Source: an uncultured Anaerolineales bacterium (GTDB lineage: Bacteria > Chloroflexota > Anaerolineae > UBA7937 > JACPPX01). From it: DNA of 64,000 bases. Shown in pieces: positions 9,741 through 18,269 of this stretch. The position numbers and the translations under genes are program-made. The stretch covers positions 63,586 through 127,585 of the forward strand of contig CAYGBX010000002.1 of the NCBI GenBank assembly GCA_964348195.1. The letters are read 5' to 3'. Position 1 is the stretch's first letter, and each line of letters starts with the position of its first letter. The notes under the pieces are model-generated. The model saw only the letters and a program-made list of their open reading frames with translations. It had not been told where the DNA came from and searched no databases.

Positions 9741-10600
9741 CGGTCGTCAGTCAGGCCCACCCCGGCGGCGCGAGACCCTCTGCCTGCGCCGGCACCTGGT
9801 ACCCGGGCGACCCCGAGGATCTGCGCCAGATGGTGGACCGCTTGGTGAAGGCGGCCTCGGCCCCGCCGGTGCGCGGAGAGGTGGTGGCTTTGATCGTGCC
9901 CCACGCTGGGTATCGGTATTCAGGACAGGTGGCGGCATCCGCCTACGCACAGTTGCTTGGGCGGCGGACAGACCGCGTCTTCCTCCTCGGACCCGATCAT
10001 CGGGCCACTAGCCGGGACCCTAGCGTTGCCCTCTACCGTGCCTACCAGACCCCTCTCGGCGAGGTTCCGATCGACTGGGAGGCGGTTGAGGCTCTGGAGC
10101 GTGAGCTTACCCTCCGGCGTGTTCTGGACGAGCGGGAGCACTCCTTGGAGATGCAGCTCCCGTTCCTGCAGAGCATCTTGGGGGGGTTCCGTGTTGTCCC
10201 CGTGATGCTTGGGGAACAGTCCCTAGCGGCCGCGAATCGATTGGCGGAAGGCCTGGGCATGATTGACGCCCGTGGCACCGATCTGCTGGTCGCATCGAGC
10301 GACCTCTCCCATCACTATCCGTATGACACGGCAGCGGCCCTGGATGGTCGGGTTTCGGATCGCATCAGTCGGTTCGAGGTGGAGGGTCTGGCGCGCGATT
10401 TGTCCGATGGGCGCTCTCAGGCCTGTGGTGGAGGCGCGGTTCTGGCGGCGATGCTATGGGCGCGGAGGATCGGTGCCGAGTGGGGAGAGGTGATCAGCTA
10501 CGCGAACTCTGGGGATGTGACGGGTGACCGCAGTGCGGTGGTGGGATACCTGGCCGCGGCCCTCACCCGGCGAGCGACCTCCAGCGAGAAGTCCCAATGA
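9707..10600 (+). CDS. MEMO1 / AmmeMemoRadiSam system protein B family
   Basis: 'AGTWYPGDPEDL', 'VPHAGYRYSG', 'LVASSDLSHHYP'. GTG start overlaps the gmk end. Confidence 0.8.
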   Translation: MSNQPPSDKDLTVVSQAHPGGARPSACAGTWYPGDPEDLRQMVDRLVKAASAPPVRGEVVALIVPHAGYRYSGQVAASAYAQLLGRRTDRVFLLGPDHRATSRDPSVALYRAYQTPLGEVPIDWEAVEALERELTLRRVLDEREHSLEMQLPFLQSILGGFRVVPVMLGEQSLAAANRLAEGLGMIDARGTDLLVASSDLSHHYPYDTAAALDGRVSDRISRFEVEGLARDLSDGRSQACGGGAVLAAMLWARRIGAEWGEVISYANSGDVTGDRSAVVGYLAAALTRRATSSEKSQ

Positions 10601-13197
10601 CCTATGTCGAGGTGGCTGTCAATGCCCCCGTTGGTCGGTGGCCGCCGGAGGCGACTGGCAACAGTGACGCTCCGGAACAGGCCACCTCGGTCGGTCCCAC
10701 GTTTCGCTACCGCGTTCCCGCCAGTCTCCCCCCGGTAGAGCCGGGCCATCTGGTGCGAGTACCCTTCGGCCCGCGGGAACTGCAGGGGATCGTGGTTGGC
10801 CTGAGGGGGCGGCCGGACATTGCCGCTATACGGGACGTCCGCGAGATCTCGGATCCAGAGCCGGTGCTTCTCCCCTGGCAAATCGAGCTGGCCAGATGGA
10901 TGAGCCATACGTATCTGGCCCCCTTGATCGACTGTCTCTTGGTCATGTTGCCACCAGGGATCGACCAGAAGGCAAGGACCTACGTGGAGCTGGAACAGGG
11001 AGCCGCTCCGCTGGGGCTCGACGACCACGAGCGGGCGGTGTTTGCCTTTCTCGAGGATCGGGGGCCGAGCCGGCTGGATCTCTTACCGCGGCGGCTTGGA
11101 ATGGAGGATGCCCGGGAGCGGGCTCTGGAGCTTGTGGCAAAGGGTCTCTTGGTGAAGCGGAGCCGGCTGGAGCGACCACGAGTCCGTCCACGGGTGGTTC
11201 GGACGGCGCGAGCGATCTCCGGCGGCGGGATCGGGAAGCTGGACACGCTGGAGAGAGCGCCTCGCCAACGGGAGATCCTGGCCTTCCTTCAGGGGAAGGG
11301 GGAGCCTATCCCTGTCTCAGAGGTCTACCAAGCAGCGGGAGGAAGCCTCGCCACCCTGCGTCGGCTGGAGAAGAAGGGGCTGGTTGAGATTTCGGAGACG
11401 GGAGTCTGGCGGGATCCTCTGGAGGGGCGAGAGTTCGTATCGCGGGACCCTCCCGTGCTCACCCCTGACCAGGACGCTGCCTGGAAGGCCGTCCAACGGG
11501 ATCTTGGCGCCGCTGCCCCTCAACCCTTTCTACTGCATGGGGTGACAGGAAGCGGAAAGACGGAGATCTACCTCCGAGCGCTCGCTGACACTGTGGCGGG
11601 AGGTGGCCAGGCCATCGTCTTGGTTCCGGAGATTGCCCTCACCCCACAGACCGTGCGCCGATTCGCGGCTCGATTCGGCCCAAGGCTTGCCGTAGTGCAC
11701 AGTCAGCTGTCGCTGGGGGAGCGGTACGATGCCTGGCGCCGGATTCGCCGGGGTGATGTAGATATCGCCGTTGGGTCCCGTTCGGCGATCTTCTCACCGT
11801 TTCCCACACTGAGGCTGATGGTGGTGGACGAGGAGCATGAACGGTCCTACAAGCAACAGCGCGCCCCTCGCTACCATGCCCGCGAGGTCGCTGTCTACCT
11901 AGCGAGGCTCCTTGGGGCCAAGGTCATTCTGGGAAGTGCGACGCCGGATCTGGAATCCTACTACCGTGCCCGGCAGGGGTCGTACGAGCTCCTGACGCTG
12001 CCTCAGCGGATCATGGGCCACCGCCGAGAGATGGATCGGCAACGGGCGGTTGTGGCCGGACGTCGTCCGGTCAAGAGAATCGCGGACTGGGAGGCCGGGT
12101 ACGGCGATGCGATCTACATGGATCTGCCCGAGGTGGAGGTGGTCGACCTGAGGCAGGAGCTCAAAGCTGGCAATCGAGGGATCTTCAGCCGCGCCTTGAT
12201 GTCAGCATTGAGGGAGGTTTTTGCAGGGGGGGAGCAGGCCATCCTCTTTCTGAACCGGCGAGGGTCGGCTACCTTCGTGATGTGCCGAGATTGCGGCCAC
12301 GTGGTTGGCTGCCAACAGTGTTCGATCCCCCTCACCTACCATCTCTCCTCCAACGGGTGGAGGCCGGGGAGGAGATCGGGAGATCCCGATCTCCGCCAGG
12401 GGCAGTTGGTCTGCCACCAGTGCAACAGCCGCTACCCCGTGCCTACCCGGTGCCCGCTGTGCCGAAGCCGCCGCATTCGCCATTTCGGGATCGGGACCCA
12501 GATGGTGGAGCGGGAGATCGAGCGGCTGTTTCCGGGAACGGCGGTGGTGCGATGGGATCGGGACACCACCGGGACCAAGGGTGCCCACGAGGAGATCCTT
12601 GATGCGTTTCTGGAGGGTCAGGCCCAGGTGATGGTGGGAACCCAGATGATCGCCAAAGGACTGGACCTACCTCTGGTTACCTTGGTGGGGGTGGTAACGG
12701 CCGACACGGCTCTGCACCTGCCGGATTTCAGGGCGGGAGAGCGGACATTCCAGCTTCTGACACAAGTGGCGGGTCGGGCCGGACGAAGCATCCTCGGGGG
12801 CCGTGTGATCATCCAGACCTACACCCCCAAACACTATGCGGTGGAGGCGGCGAGCCGGCACGACTACGAGGCATTTTTCGAGCAGGAGATGTCATTCCGC
12901 CAAGAGCAGAGGTATCCACCCCTCAGACGGCTGGTGCGGCTGATCTACCTCTCTCGATCCCTCCGACGCGCCGAGGAGTCCGCCCGGTCGATGCGAAGCG
13001 CCCTTGACAAGCGGATCGCGAGCCTGGACGTGTCAGACGTGGAGGTGGTGGGGCCGGCCCCCGCCTTCTACGCTCGGCTGAGAGGACAGCACCGGTGGCA
13101 CCTCCTGGTCAAGGCTCGGGACCCTCACTCTCTTCTGGAAGGACTCCCCTTCGGTCCGGGCTGGCGGGTGGACGTAGACCCCGCAAGCGTGCTCTGA
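10597..13197 (+). CDS. priA: Primosomal protein N' (replication restart helicase PriA)
   Basis: 'LLHGVTGSGKTEIYL', 'DEEHE', Cys-rich zinc-finger block 'CRDCGHVVGCQQC...CHQC...CPLC', 'VMVGTQMIAKGLD'. Confidence 0.93.
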   Translation: MTYVEVAVNAPVGRWPPEATGNSDAPEQATSVGPTFRYRVPASLPPVEPGHLVRVPFGPRELQGIVVGLRGRPDIAAIRDVREISDPEPVLLPWQIELARWMSHTYLAPLIDCLLVMLPPGIDQKARTYVELEQGAAPLGLDDHERAVFAFLEDRGPSRLDLLPRRLGMEDARERALELVAKGLLVKRSRLERPRVRPRVVRTARAISGGGIGKLDTLERAPRQREILAFLQGKGEPIPVSEVYQAAGGSLATLRRLEKKGLVEISETGVWRDPLEGREFVSRDPPVLTPDQDAAWKAVQRDLGAAAPQPFLLHGVTGSGKTEIYLRALADTVAGGGQAIVLVPEIALTPQTVRRFAARFGPRLAVVHSQLSLGERYDAWRRIRRGDVDIAVGSRSAIFSPFPTLRLMVVDEEHERSYKQQRAPRYHAREVAVYLARLLGAKVILGSATPDLESYYRARQGSYELLTLPQRIMGHRREMDRQRAVVAGRRPVKRIADWEAGYGDAIYMDLPEVEVVDLRQELKAGNRGIFSRALMSALREVFAGGEQAILFLNRRGSATFVMCRDCGHVVGCQQCSIPLTYHLSSNGWRPGRRSGDPDLRQGQLVCHQCNSRYPVPTRCPLCRSRRIRHFGIGTQMVEREIERLFPGTAVVRWDRDTTGTKGAHEEILDAFLEGQAQVMVGTQMIAKGLDLPLVTLVGVVTADTALHLPDFRAGERTFQLLTQVAGRAGRSILGGRVIIQTYTPKHYAVEAASRHDYEAFFEQEMSFRQEQRYPPLRRLVRLIYLSRSLRRAEESARSMRSALDKRIASLDVSDVEVVGPAPAFYARLRGQHRWHLLVKARDPHSLLEGLPFGPGWRVDVDPASVL

Positions 13198-13230
13198 CGG
13201 GCCTGGCTCGCGGCCGGAGAGGGATCCGGT

Positions 13231-14043
13231 CTAGCCTACAACGTCTTCGCCGCCGTCCACCCGGATGATGGAGCCGTTGATCCAGCGGAGTCGGGGATCG
13301 CTGAGGGCGACCAGGGTGGCGGCCAGATCCTCGGGCGTGGTCAGCCGGCCGCTCGGCTGACGCTTCAGCGCCTCCTCGACCAACCGTTCGCTTCCTGGGA
13401 TGGCCCGGAGGGCAGGGGTGTCGGTGACCCCCGCCTGCAGGCAGTTCACCAAGATGCCTTGGTCCGCCAGCTCCATGGCTAACTGACGGGTGTGGGATTC
13501 CAGCGCAGCCTTCGCGGCGGAAACTGCTCCGTACGTGGGCACTACGCGATGGCTTCCCGCGCTGGTCATAGAGAAGACGCGGCTCCCCTCGGCGAGGAGA
13601 TTGTGGCGGAGAAGATCCTGGACCCAATAGACGAGGCTGTGGGCCATCACGTCGAGAGTCATCTCCATCTGCGCCTTGCTGACGTAGGTATCTGAATCGT
13701 CCCAGTCCTCGGCGACATAGGGCAGGAGTGTGCCAAAGGCCAGGGAGTGCAGCACGAGATGCACGGTCTTCTCTGGGCGGCCGGAAAGCGTCTCCACGAT
13801 GCTGCCCAGTACCCGCTGACGCTTGCGGGCGTCGGCGGCGTTGACGTTGAAGAAATGGGCCTCCCGGCCCAAACCCTCGATGCTCGCGATGATTTCCTTG
13901 GCGCGGGGCAAGGTGGCTTTGAGGTCGAGGTGGACACCGAAGATGTTCATGCCCGCTCGGGCCAGGGCCTGAGAGCAGGCCGCGCCGAATCCGCTTGAGG
14001 CTCCCAGCACCAAGGCCCACTTGCCGTGCAGTTCGTCGGTCAT
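13231..14043 (-). CDS. Short-chain dehydrogenase/reductase (FabL/FabG-like)
   Basis: 'ALVLGASSGFGAA' dinucleotide motif, 'YGAVSAAKAALES' catalytic YxxxK, 'IRVDGG'. Confidence 0.85.
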   Translation of the reverse strand: MTDELHGKWALVLGASSGFGAACSQALARAGMNIFGVHLDLKATLPRAKEIIASIEGLGREAHFFNVNAADARKRQRVLGSIVETLSGRPEKTVHLVLHSLAFGTLLPYVAEDWDDSDTYVSKAQMEMTLDVMAHSLVYWVQDLLRHNLLAEGSRVFSMTSAGSHRVVPTYGAVSAAKAALESHTRQLAMELADQGILVNCLQAGVTDTPALRAIPGSERLVEEALKRQPSGRLTTPEDLAATLVALSDPRLRWINGSIIRVDGGEDVVG

Positions 14044-14083
14044 TTGGCACCTCCTCCTGTGGTCCCCACCTTGCGCCCGGCCC

Positions 14084-14926
14084 TCACGCCACCAGTTGGC
14101 GGAGGCCGTCCAGGACAGCCTTTCCCTCAGCGGGCGATCGATAGTGGGCCTCCGAGATGATAGGGATCCCGGCTAGAGCGGGATGGCTCAATAGGCTTCC
14201 GAACCCACGCTCCCCCAGAAGCCCCGAGGGCGGATTCACATGGTGATCCCGGCCTGAGGAGAGAGGGGCGTCGGTGTCGTTGGCGTGAATGAGCTGGATC
14301 CGATCCTTGCCGACGATTTGTGAGAGCTGGGTCATGGTCTCTTCCACACCGGCCGGCGAAGCGAGATTGTACCCGGCGGCGTAGAGGTGGGCGGTATCTA
14401 GGCAGAGGCCCACCCGGTCTGCAGGGATATCCAGGCCCGCCATCATCGCCCCGAGCTGCGGAATGCGGCCGGCCATGCCGTTGCCGCCACCTGCTCCTGC
14501 CTCGAGCAGGACGCTCACCCCAGACGGTGCCCGCCGGAGAGCCTCCCCGAGAAGCTTGCCGATCCTGGCCAGGCCTGCGTCGAAACCGTCCCCGCCGTGA
14601 CTCCCGGCGTGGACGACCAGGAAACCTCCCCCCAGCGCCGCGGCCTTGCGCACGGCGTCCTTGAGCAGCGACAGCGACCGGCGCCGGATCTCAGGGTTGG
14701 GGGCAGCCATGTTGACCACGTACGGCAGATGAAGGAAAAGGGGGCGGAGGCGCTTTTCGTTCAGGGCCCAGGAGAACCACTGTGTGTCGGTGCGGTTCCA
14801 GGCGGCGGTCCGCCAGGTGCGGGGCGCGCTGGAGAAGATCTGTATAACGTCGCAGGTGGTCTCCAAGGCCAGAGTCAGGGTGGAGAAGAGCCCCCCACTG
14901 ATGGACAGATGCAAGCCGGCGCGCAA
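14084..14926 (-). CDS. nfo: Deoxyribonuclease IV (endonuclease IV, AP endonuclease family 2)
   Basis: 'VVHAGSH', 'LCLDTAHLYAAGY', 'IHANDT' metal-binding signatures of Nfo. Confidence 0.85.
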   Translation of the reverse strand: MRAGLHLSISGGLFSTLTLALETTCDVIQIFSSAPRTWRTAAWNRTDTQWFSWALNEKRLRPLFLHLPYVVNMAAPNPEIRRRSLSLLKDAVRKAAALGGGFLVVHAGSHGGDGFDAGLARIGKLLGEALRRAPSGVSVLLEAGAGGGNGMAGRIPQLGAMMAGLDIPADRVGLCLDTAHLYAAGYNLASPAGVEETMTQLSQIVGKDRIQLIHANDTDAPLSSGRDHHVNPPSGLLGERGFGSLLSHPALAGIPIISEAHYRSPAEGKAVLDGLRQLVA

Positions 14927-14999
14927 CCTCTCCCTCTCCGGCCGGATGTTATCAATGGGTCAGAGGTCCCGCAAGGCTCCCGATCGTGGGCCTTCGGAG

Positions 15000-15008
15000 T
15001 GCTATAAT
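15000..15008 (+). promoter_or_regulatory. Extended -10 box TGcTATAAT, 8 nt upstream of the Mut7-C ATG (leaderless-type start)
   Basis: TGCTATAAT at 15000-15008 and ATG at 15017, with no Shine-Dalgarno sequence between them. Confidence 0.45.
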
Positions 15009-15016
15009 CGGGCGCC

Positions 15017-15475
15017 ATGCGGTTCCTCGCCGATTCGATGCTGGGCCAGCTGGCCAAGTGGCTGCGGCTCCTGGGGCACGACACGGTTTATCTGACTCAC
15101 TACGAGGATGGGGAGCTGGTGCGGCGCGCCCGGGCGGAGGATCGGGTGGTCCTGACTCGGGACCGCGTTCTTTCGCTTCGGGGGGGGCTAGAATCCCTTT
15201 TGGTCTCCAGCGATGATCCCGCCGACCAGCTGGAGGAGGTGGTGGAGCGTCTGGAACTCGGCGAGGATCGACATGAGCCACGGTGTCCGGCCTGCAACCA
15301 TTCCTTGGAGCAGGTCGCCAGGTCTTCAATTCGCGACCGGGTGCCGCCATATGTCTTTGCCAAGCACAAGCGCTTCCGTCAGTGTCCCGAATGCGGCCGC
15401 ATTTACTGGCGGGGTACGCACTGGAACAGGATCCAGGGACGCTTGGAGCGGGTCCGCGGGCAGGCGGTGAGATGA
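15017..15475 (+). CDS. Mut7-C (DUF82) PIN-like RNase domain protein with a C-terminal zinc ribbon
   Basis: 'MRFLADSMLGQLAKWLRLLGHDT', 'RVVLTRD', 'CPACN...CPECGRIYW'. Confidence 0.8.
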   Translation: MRFLADSMLGQLAKWLRLLGHDTVYLTHYEDGELVRRARAEDRVVLTRDRVLSLRGGLESLLVSSDDPADQLEEVVERLELGEDRHEPRCPACNHSLEQVARSSIRDRVPPYVFAKHKRFRQCPECGRIYWRGTHWNRIQGRLERVRGQAVR

Positions 15476-16242
15476 AGGAGCAGCCCCTTATTCTGGTCAC
15501 CAACGACGACGGGATCCGATCCCCCGGTCTCCTGGCTCTTGCCCAGAAGCTCGGCGAACTGGGGGAGCTGCTGATCGTGGCCCCGAGGGGCCAGCGCTCA
15601 GGCTGGGGCAGGGGTCTCGTCGGGGTCGAAGTGAGTGCGGAGGAGGAGGATCTCAGCATAGTCGCGCCCTCTGCCCGCGCCTATGCCCTGGAGAGTTCGC
15701 CGGCTTGGGCTGTGCGGTATGCGATCGTGCGGCTGGCGGACCGTCGGCCGGGGCTGGTCATCTCCGGGATCAACTACGGGGAGAATCTTGGAACCGCGAT
15801 CTCCGTTTCCGGGACCGTCGGAGCCGCGATGGAAGGTGCGGCCCACGGGATTCCAAGCCTGGCCGTGTCCCTGGAGACCGAGCAGCGGTTCCATCTCAGT
15901 CACAGTTCTGAGGTGGATTTCTCCGTCGCAGCTCGCTTCGCACGCCGGACGGCTGCTGGCCTGCTGAGGGAGGGACTTCCGCCGGGGGTGGATCTCCTAA
16001 AGGTGGACGTGCCGCGGTGGGCGACCCAGGACACCGGCTGGCGACTGACCCGGGCCTCTCGACAGAGATACTTCTGGCCGACCGAGGATCTGGGCTACGA
16101 AGTCCGAATCGACCGGCAGAGCTTGGAACCGGACTCTGACATCCAGGCCGTGACGGTCGATGGGGTGATCTCTGTGACCCCGCTGACCTTGGACCTTACG
16201 GCGGAGCTGGATCTCGCATCTCTGGAGCTGCTTCTCGCCTGA
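15472..16242 (+). CDS. surE: 5'/3'-nucleotidase SurE
   Basis: 'ILVTNDDGIRSPGL', 'SGINYGENLG'. ATG 15472 forms an ATGA overlap with the Mut7-C stop; the track ORF from 15283 is over-extended. Confidence 0.92.
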   Translation: MKEQPLILVTNDDGIRSPGLLALAQKLGELGELLIVAPRGQRSGWGRGLVGVEVSAEEEDLSIVAPSARAYALESSPAWAVRYAIVRLADRRPGLVISGINYGENLGTAISVSGTVGAAMEGAAHGIPSLAVSLETEQRFHLSHSSEVDFSVAARFARRTAAGLLREGLPPGVDLLKVDVPRWATQDTGWRLTRASRQRYFWPTEDLGYEVRIDRQSLEPDSDIQAVTVDGVISVTPLTLDLTAELDLASLELLLA

Positions 16243-16257
16243 GCTGGCCTCACTTCC

Positions 16258-16460
16258 GCCGGTACCTGGAGCCTCCGTGCTATCCTGCCATGAAGTGGCA
16301 GCCGGCCCGGCCATAGCTTGAACTGAGTCTCTCCTGAGCTAGCGCTTCGAGCCTCTGCGCTAGTCTGCCGCGTAGCGACAGCCATCGTGGAGCTCGCTGC
16401 GGCCACTCTCCGCCTGATCCGGTACCCCGCTCGAGCCTCGTTCCCTGTGTGCTATACTGC
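16258..16460. repeat. Three degenerate ~80-bp modules (GAGCCTC ... GCTA[T/G][C/T/A]CTGC), each with a -10-like box
   Basis: GAGCCTC at 16268, 16349 and 16433. TATCCT at 16281, TAGTCT at 16361, TATACT at 16453. CCGGTACC precedes modules 1 and 3 (16258, 16419). Confidence 0.6.
16450..16458 (+). promoter_or_regulatory. Candidate extended -10 promoter (TGcTATACT) for the mevalonate operon
   Basis: TGCTATACT at 16450-16458. The predicted transcription start falls at the first 20-bp repeat. Confidence 0.4.
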
Positions 16461-16540
16461 GCGAAGGGCAGGCATCGTGCGCGAAGGGCAGGCATCGTGC
16501 GCGAAGGGCAGGCATCGTGCGCGAAGGGCAGGCATCGTGC
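16461..16540. repeat. Four perfect tandem copies of the 20-bp unit GCGAAGGGCAGGCATCGTGC
   Basis: Identical units at 16461-80, 16481-500, 16501-20 and 16521-40, with a partial diverged fifth unit (GCGGAGCGCC...). Confidence 0.97.
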
Positions 16541-16611
16541 GCGGAGCGCCGTGAATGTTGGCGCGAAGCGTTTGCCCCAGTGCCACGGCGCGGGGGTTGC
16601 TGTGGAGCTGA

Positions 16612-17589
16612 GTGGACTGCGCGTCGGGGGAAAGGGTGCCCAGGGAGACGGAGAGGCCGGTCACCGAGGCTGATGCCCCGGGCAAGGTGATACTATTCGG
16701 CGAACACGCTGTCGTCTACGGACGCCCGGCACTAGCCGTCCCTGTGCATAGGGTGCGGGCCTGGGCGACCGTGGAACAGGCGGCCGAAGCCGTGACCTTG
16801 CGGGCGGAGGACCTAGGCCTGGAGCACCGATTGGGGGATGGCGCACCCGATCCTCGCGTCCGCCCGTTGGTGGATCTGCTGCGGAGAACCGCAGATACCC
16901 TCGAGATCTCTCTCCCGCCTCTCACCGTGACCCTTCGGTCCGATATCCCGATCTCGCGCGGCCTCGGCAGTGGGGCTGCCGTGGCGACGGCCTTGGTGCG
17001 TGGTGTGTCACTGCATCTCGGCCGGTCTCTGCCTGCCGCTTCGGTCTCAGAACTTGTGTACGAGGCGGAGGTGGCCTACCACGGTATGCCCAGCGGAATC
17101 GACAACACAGTTATCTCACTGGAGCGCCCGATCCACTTCGCCAAGGGCCGACCCCCGTTGCCGGTGGATCCGGGGACCCCACTGACTCTCGTGATCGGGG
17201 ACACGGGGGTGGAGAGTCCCACGAGGAAGATCGTGGAAGAGGTGAGGCGAGGCTGGCGTCAGGCAAGATCTCGCTACGAAAGCGTCTTCGATCGGATCGG
17301 CGAACTGTCGGAACAGGCAGTCCGGCTGCTCGAGCAGGGAGCGATCGTCGACTTGGGAAAGACGATGGATGCCAACCACCAGCTTCTGATCGAGCTCGAG
17401 GTCTCCTCGGAGCCTCTCAACCGACTCGTGACTGCCGCCAGGGCGTCCGGAGCGGCCGGAGCGAAGCTGACGGGCGCGGGTCGGGGAGGCTGTGTGGTCG
17501 CCCTGGCGGGGCCAGACAGTGCTGGGGAGGTGGCGAAAGCGTTGGAGGCGGCGGGTGCAGGCTGGGTCTCCGTTACTCGGGTGGGGTAG
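16612..17589 (+). CDS. mvk: Mevalonate kinase (GHMP kinase)
   Basis: 'GKVILFGEHAVVYG', 'SRGLGSGAAVATALV', 'KLTGAGRGGCVVAL'. GTG start. Confidence 0.9.
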   Translation: MDCASGERVPRETERPVTEADAPGKVILFGEHAVVYGRPALAVPVHRVRAWATVEQAAEAVTLRAEDLGLEHRLGDGAPDPRVRPLVDLLRRTADTLEISLPPLTVTLRSDIPISRGLGSGAAVATALVRGVSLHLGRSLPAASVSELVYEAEVAYHGMPSGIDNTVISLERPIHFAKGRPPLPVDPGTPLTLVIGDTGVESPTRKIVEEVRRGWRQARSRYESVFDRIGELSEQAVRLLEQGAIVDLGKTMDANHQLLIELEVSSEPLNRLVTAARASGAAGAKLTGAGRGGCVVALAGPDSAGEVAKALEAAGAGWVSVTRVG

Positions 17590-18269
17590 TGGGCGTCGAA
17601 GTTGTAGACCTCGGGGCCGTGGCCCGAAGACTCAAGGGACCGCAAGCCCTGGCGGAGGTGGCCCGAGCCGGCGACTTTGCCGCCCGGATCGTCCTGACCC
17701 AGGGGGCGGTTCCATGGCACAAGCACATTGACCAGGACGAGATGTTCCTGGTCCTGGAGGGAGAGATCTCCCTGGAGAGCGAGTGGGGCAAGCAGATACT
17801 GGGCGTTGGCGAGATGGCCGTGGTGTCCAAAGGAGTGGCCCACCGCTCCGCATCGCCGGGTCGTTCCGTGGTGCTGCTGTTCGAAAGGCGAATCCACGCG
17901 GATCGACAGGATGGCCGCAGGAAGCTGTTTGTCCTGGCGGAAGAGGGGCAGCTGGAGAAGATCAGTCTGGAGGGAGTGGCCGAGGACTTGGGAGATGCAC
18001 CCGCAGGGAGGCGGCTCGTAGGGGTGGATGATTGGGTCGCTCAGCTCAGGATTCACCAGGGCATGGGACAGTGGCACCGGTATGGCCACGATCGGCTCAT
18101 GCTGATCCATTCGGGTGAGCTTCGGCTGGAGGATGCCTCCGAGGGCCGGGCACTGGCTCCGGGACATCTGGCGGCGGTGCCTGCCCGGTGGCGACACCGG
18201 ACCGTGTCTCAGGATGGTGCCTTGGCGATCCACTTCACCCACAAGAATGAGGCGGGGGACGAGGTGTGA
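17589..18269 (+). CDS. Bicupin protein of unknown function
   Basis: The N-terminal half has cupin motifs 'PWHKHIDQDEMFLVLEGE' ... 'GEMAVVSKGVAHR'. The C-terminal half has a degenerate second barrel 'WHRYGHDRLMLIHSGE...GHLAAVPARWRHR'. It overlaps the mvk stop by 1 nt and the next gene by 4 nt. Confidence 0.7.
   Translation: MGVEVVDLGAVARRLKGPQALAEVARAGDFAARIVLTQGAVPWHKHIDQDEMFLVLEGEISLESEWGKQILGVGEMAVVSKGVAHRSASPGRSVVLLFERRIHADRQDGRRKLFVLAEEGQLEKISLEGVAEDLGDAPAGRRLVGVDDWVAQLRIHQGMGQWHRYGHDRLMLIHSGELRLEDASEGRALAPGHLAAVPARWRHRTVSQDGALAIHFTHKNEAGDEV

Noticed and set aside
12340-12420. Extra ~17 residues (SSNGWRPGRRSGDPDLRQGQ) inside the PriA zinc-finger block, considered as a possible intein or insertion element
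   Set aside because: It is far too short for an intein and lacks splicing motifs. It is most simply a lineage-specific loop, and I cannot evaluate it without an alignment.
13109-14050. 313-aa ORF overlapping the SDR gene in another frame, and 290-aa ORF (33306..34178) inside pnp
   Set aside because: These are alternative frames of the same strand within genes that carry clear SDR and PNPase signatures. Their products are Arg/Pro/Gly-rich junk.
16449-16685. ORFs of 74 aa (+) and 77 aa (-) running through the 20-bp tandem repeats; also whether the repeats are a CRISPR array
   Set aside because: The 'proteins' are just the repeat translated (CAKGRHRAR...). The repeats are directly abutting, with no spacers and no palindromic repeat structure or cas genes, so this is not CRISPR and not coding.
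17274-18242. 322-aa ORF antisense to the bicupin gene
   Set aside because: I considered it as an alternative to the bicupin call. The plus frame has cupin metal-binding motifs and start/stop overlaps with both neighbours. The minus frame has no motifs and would run against the operon.
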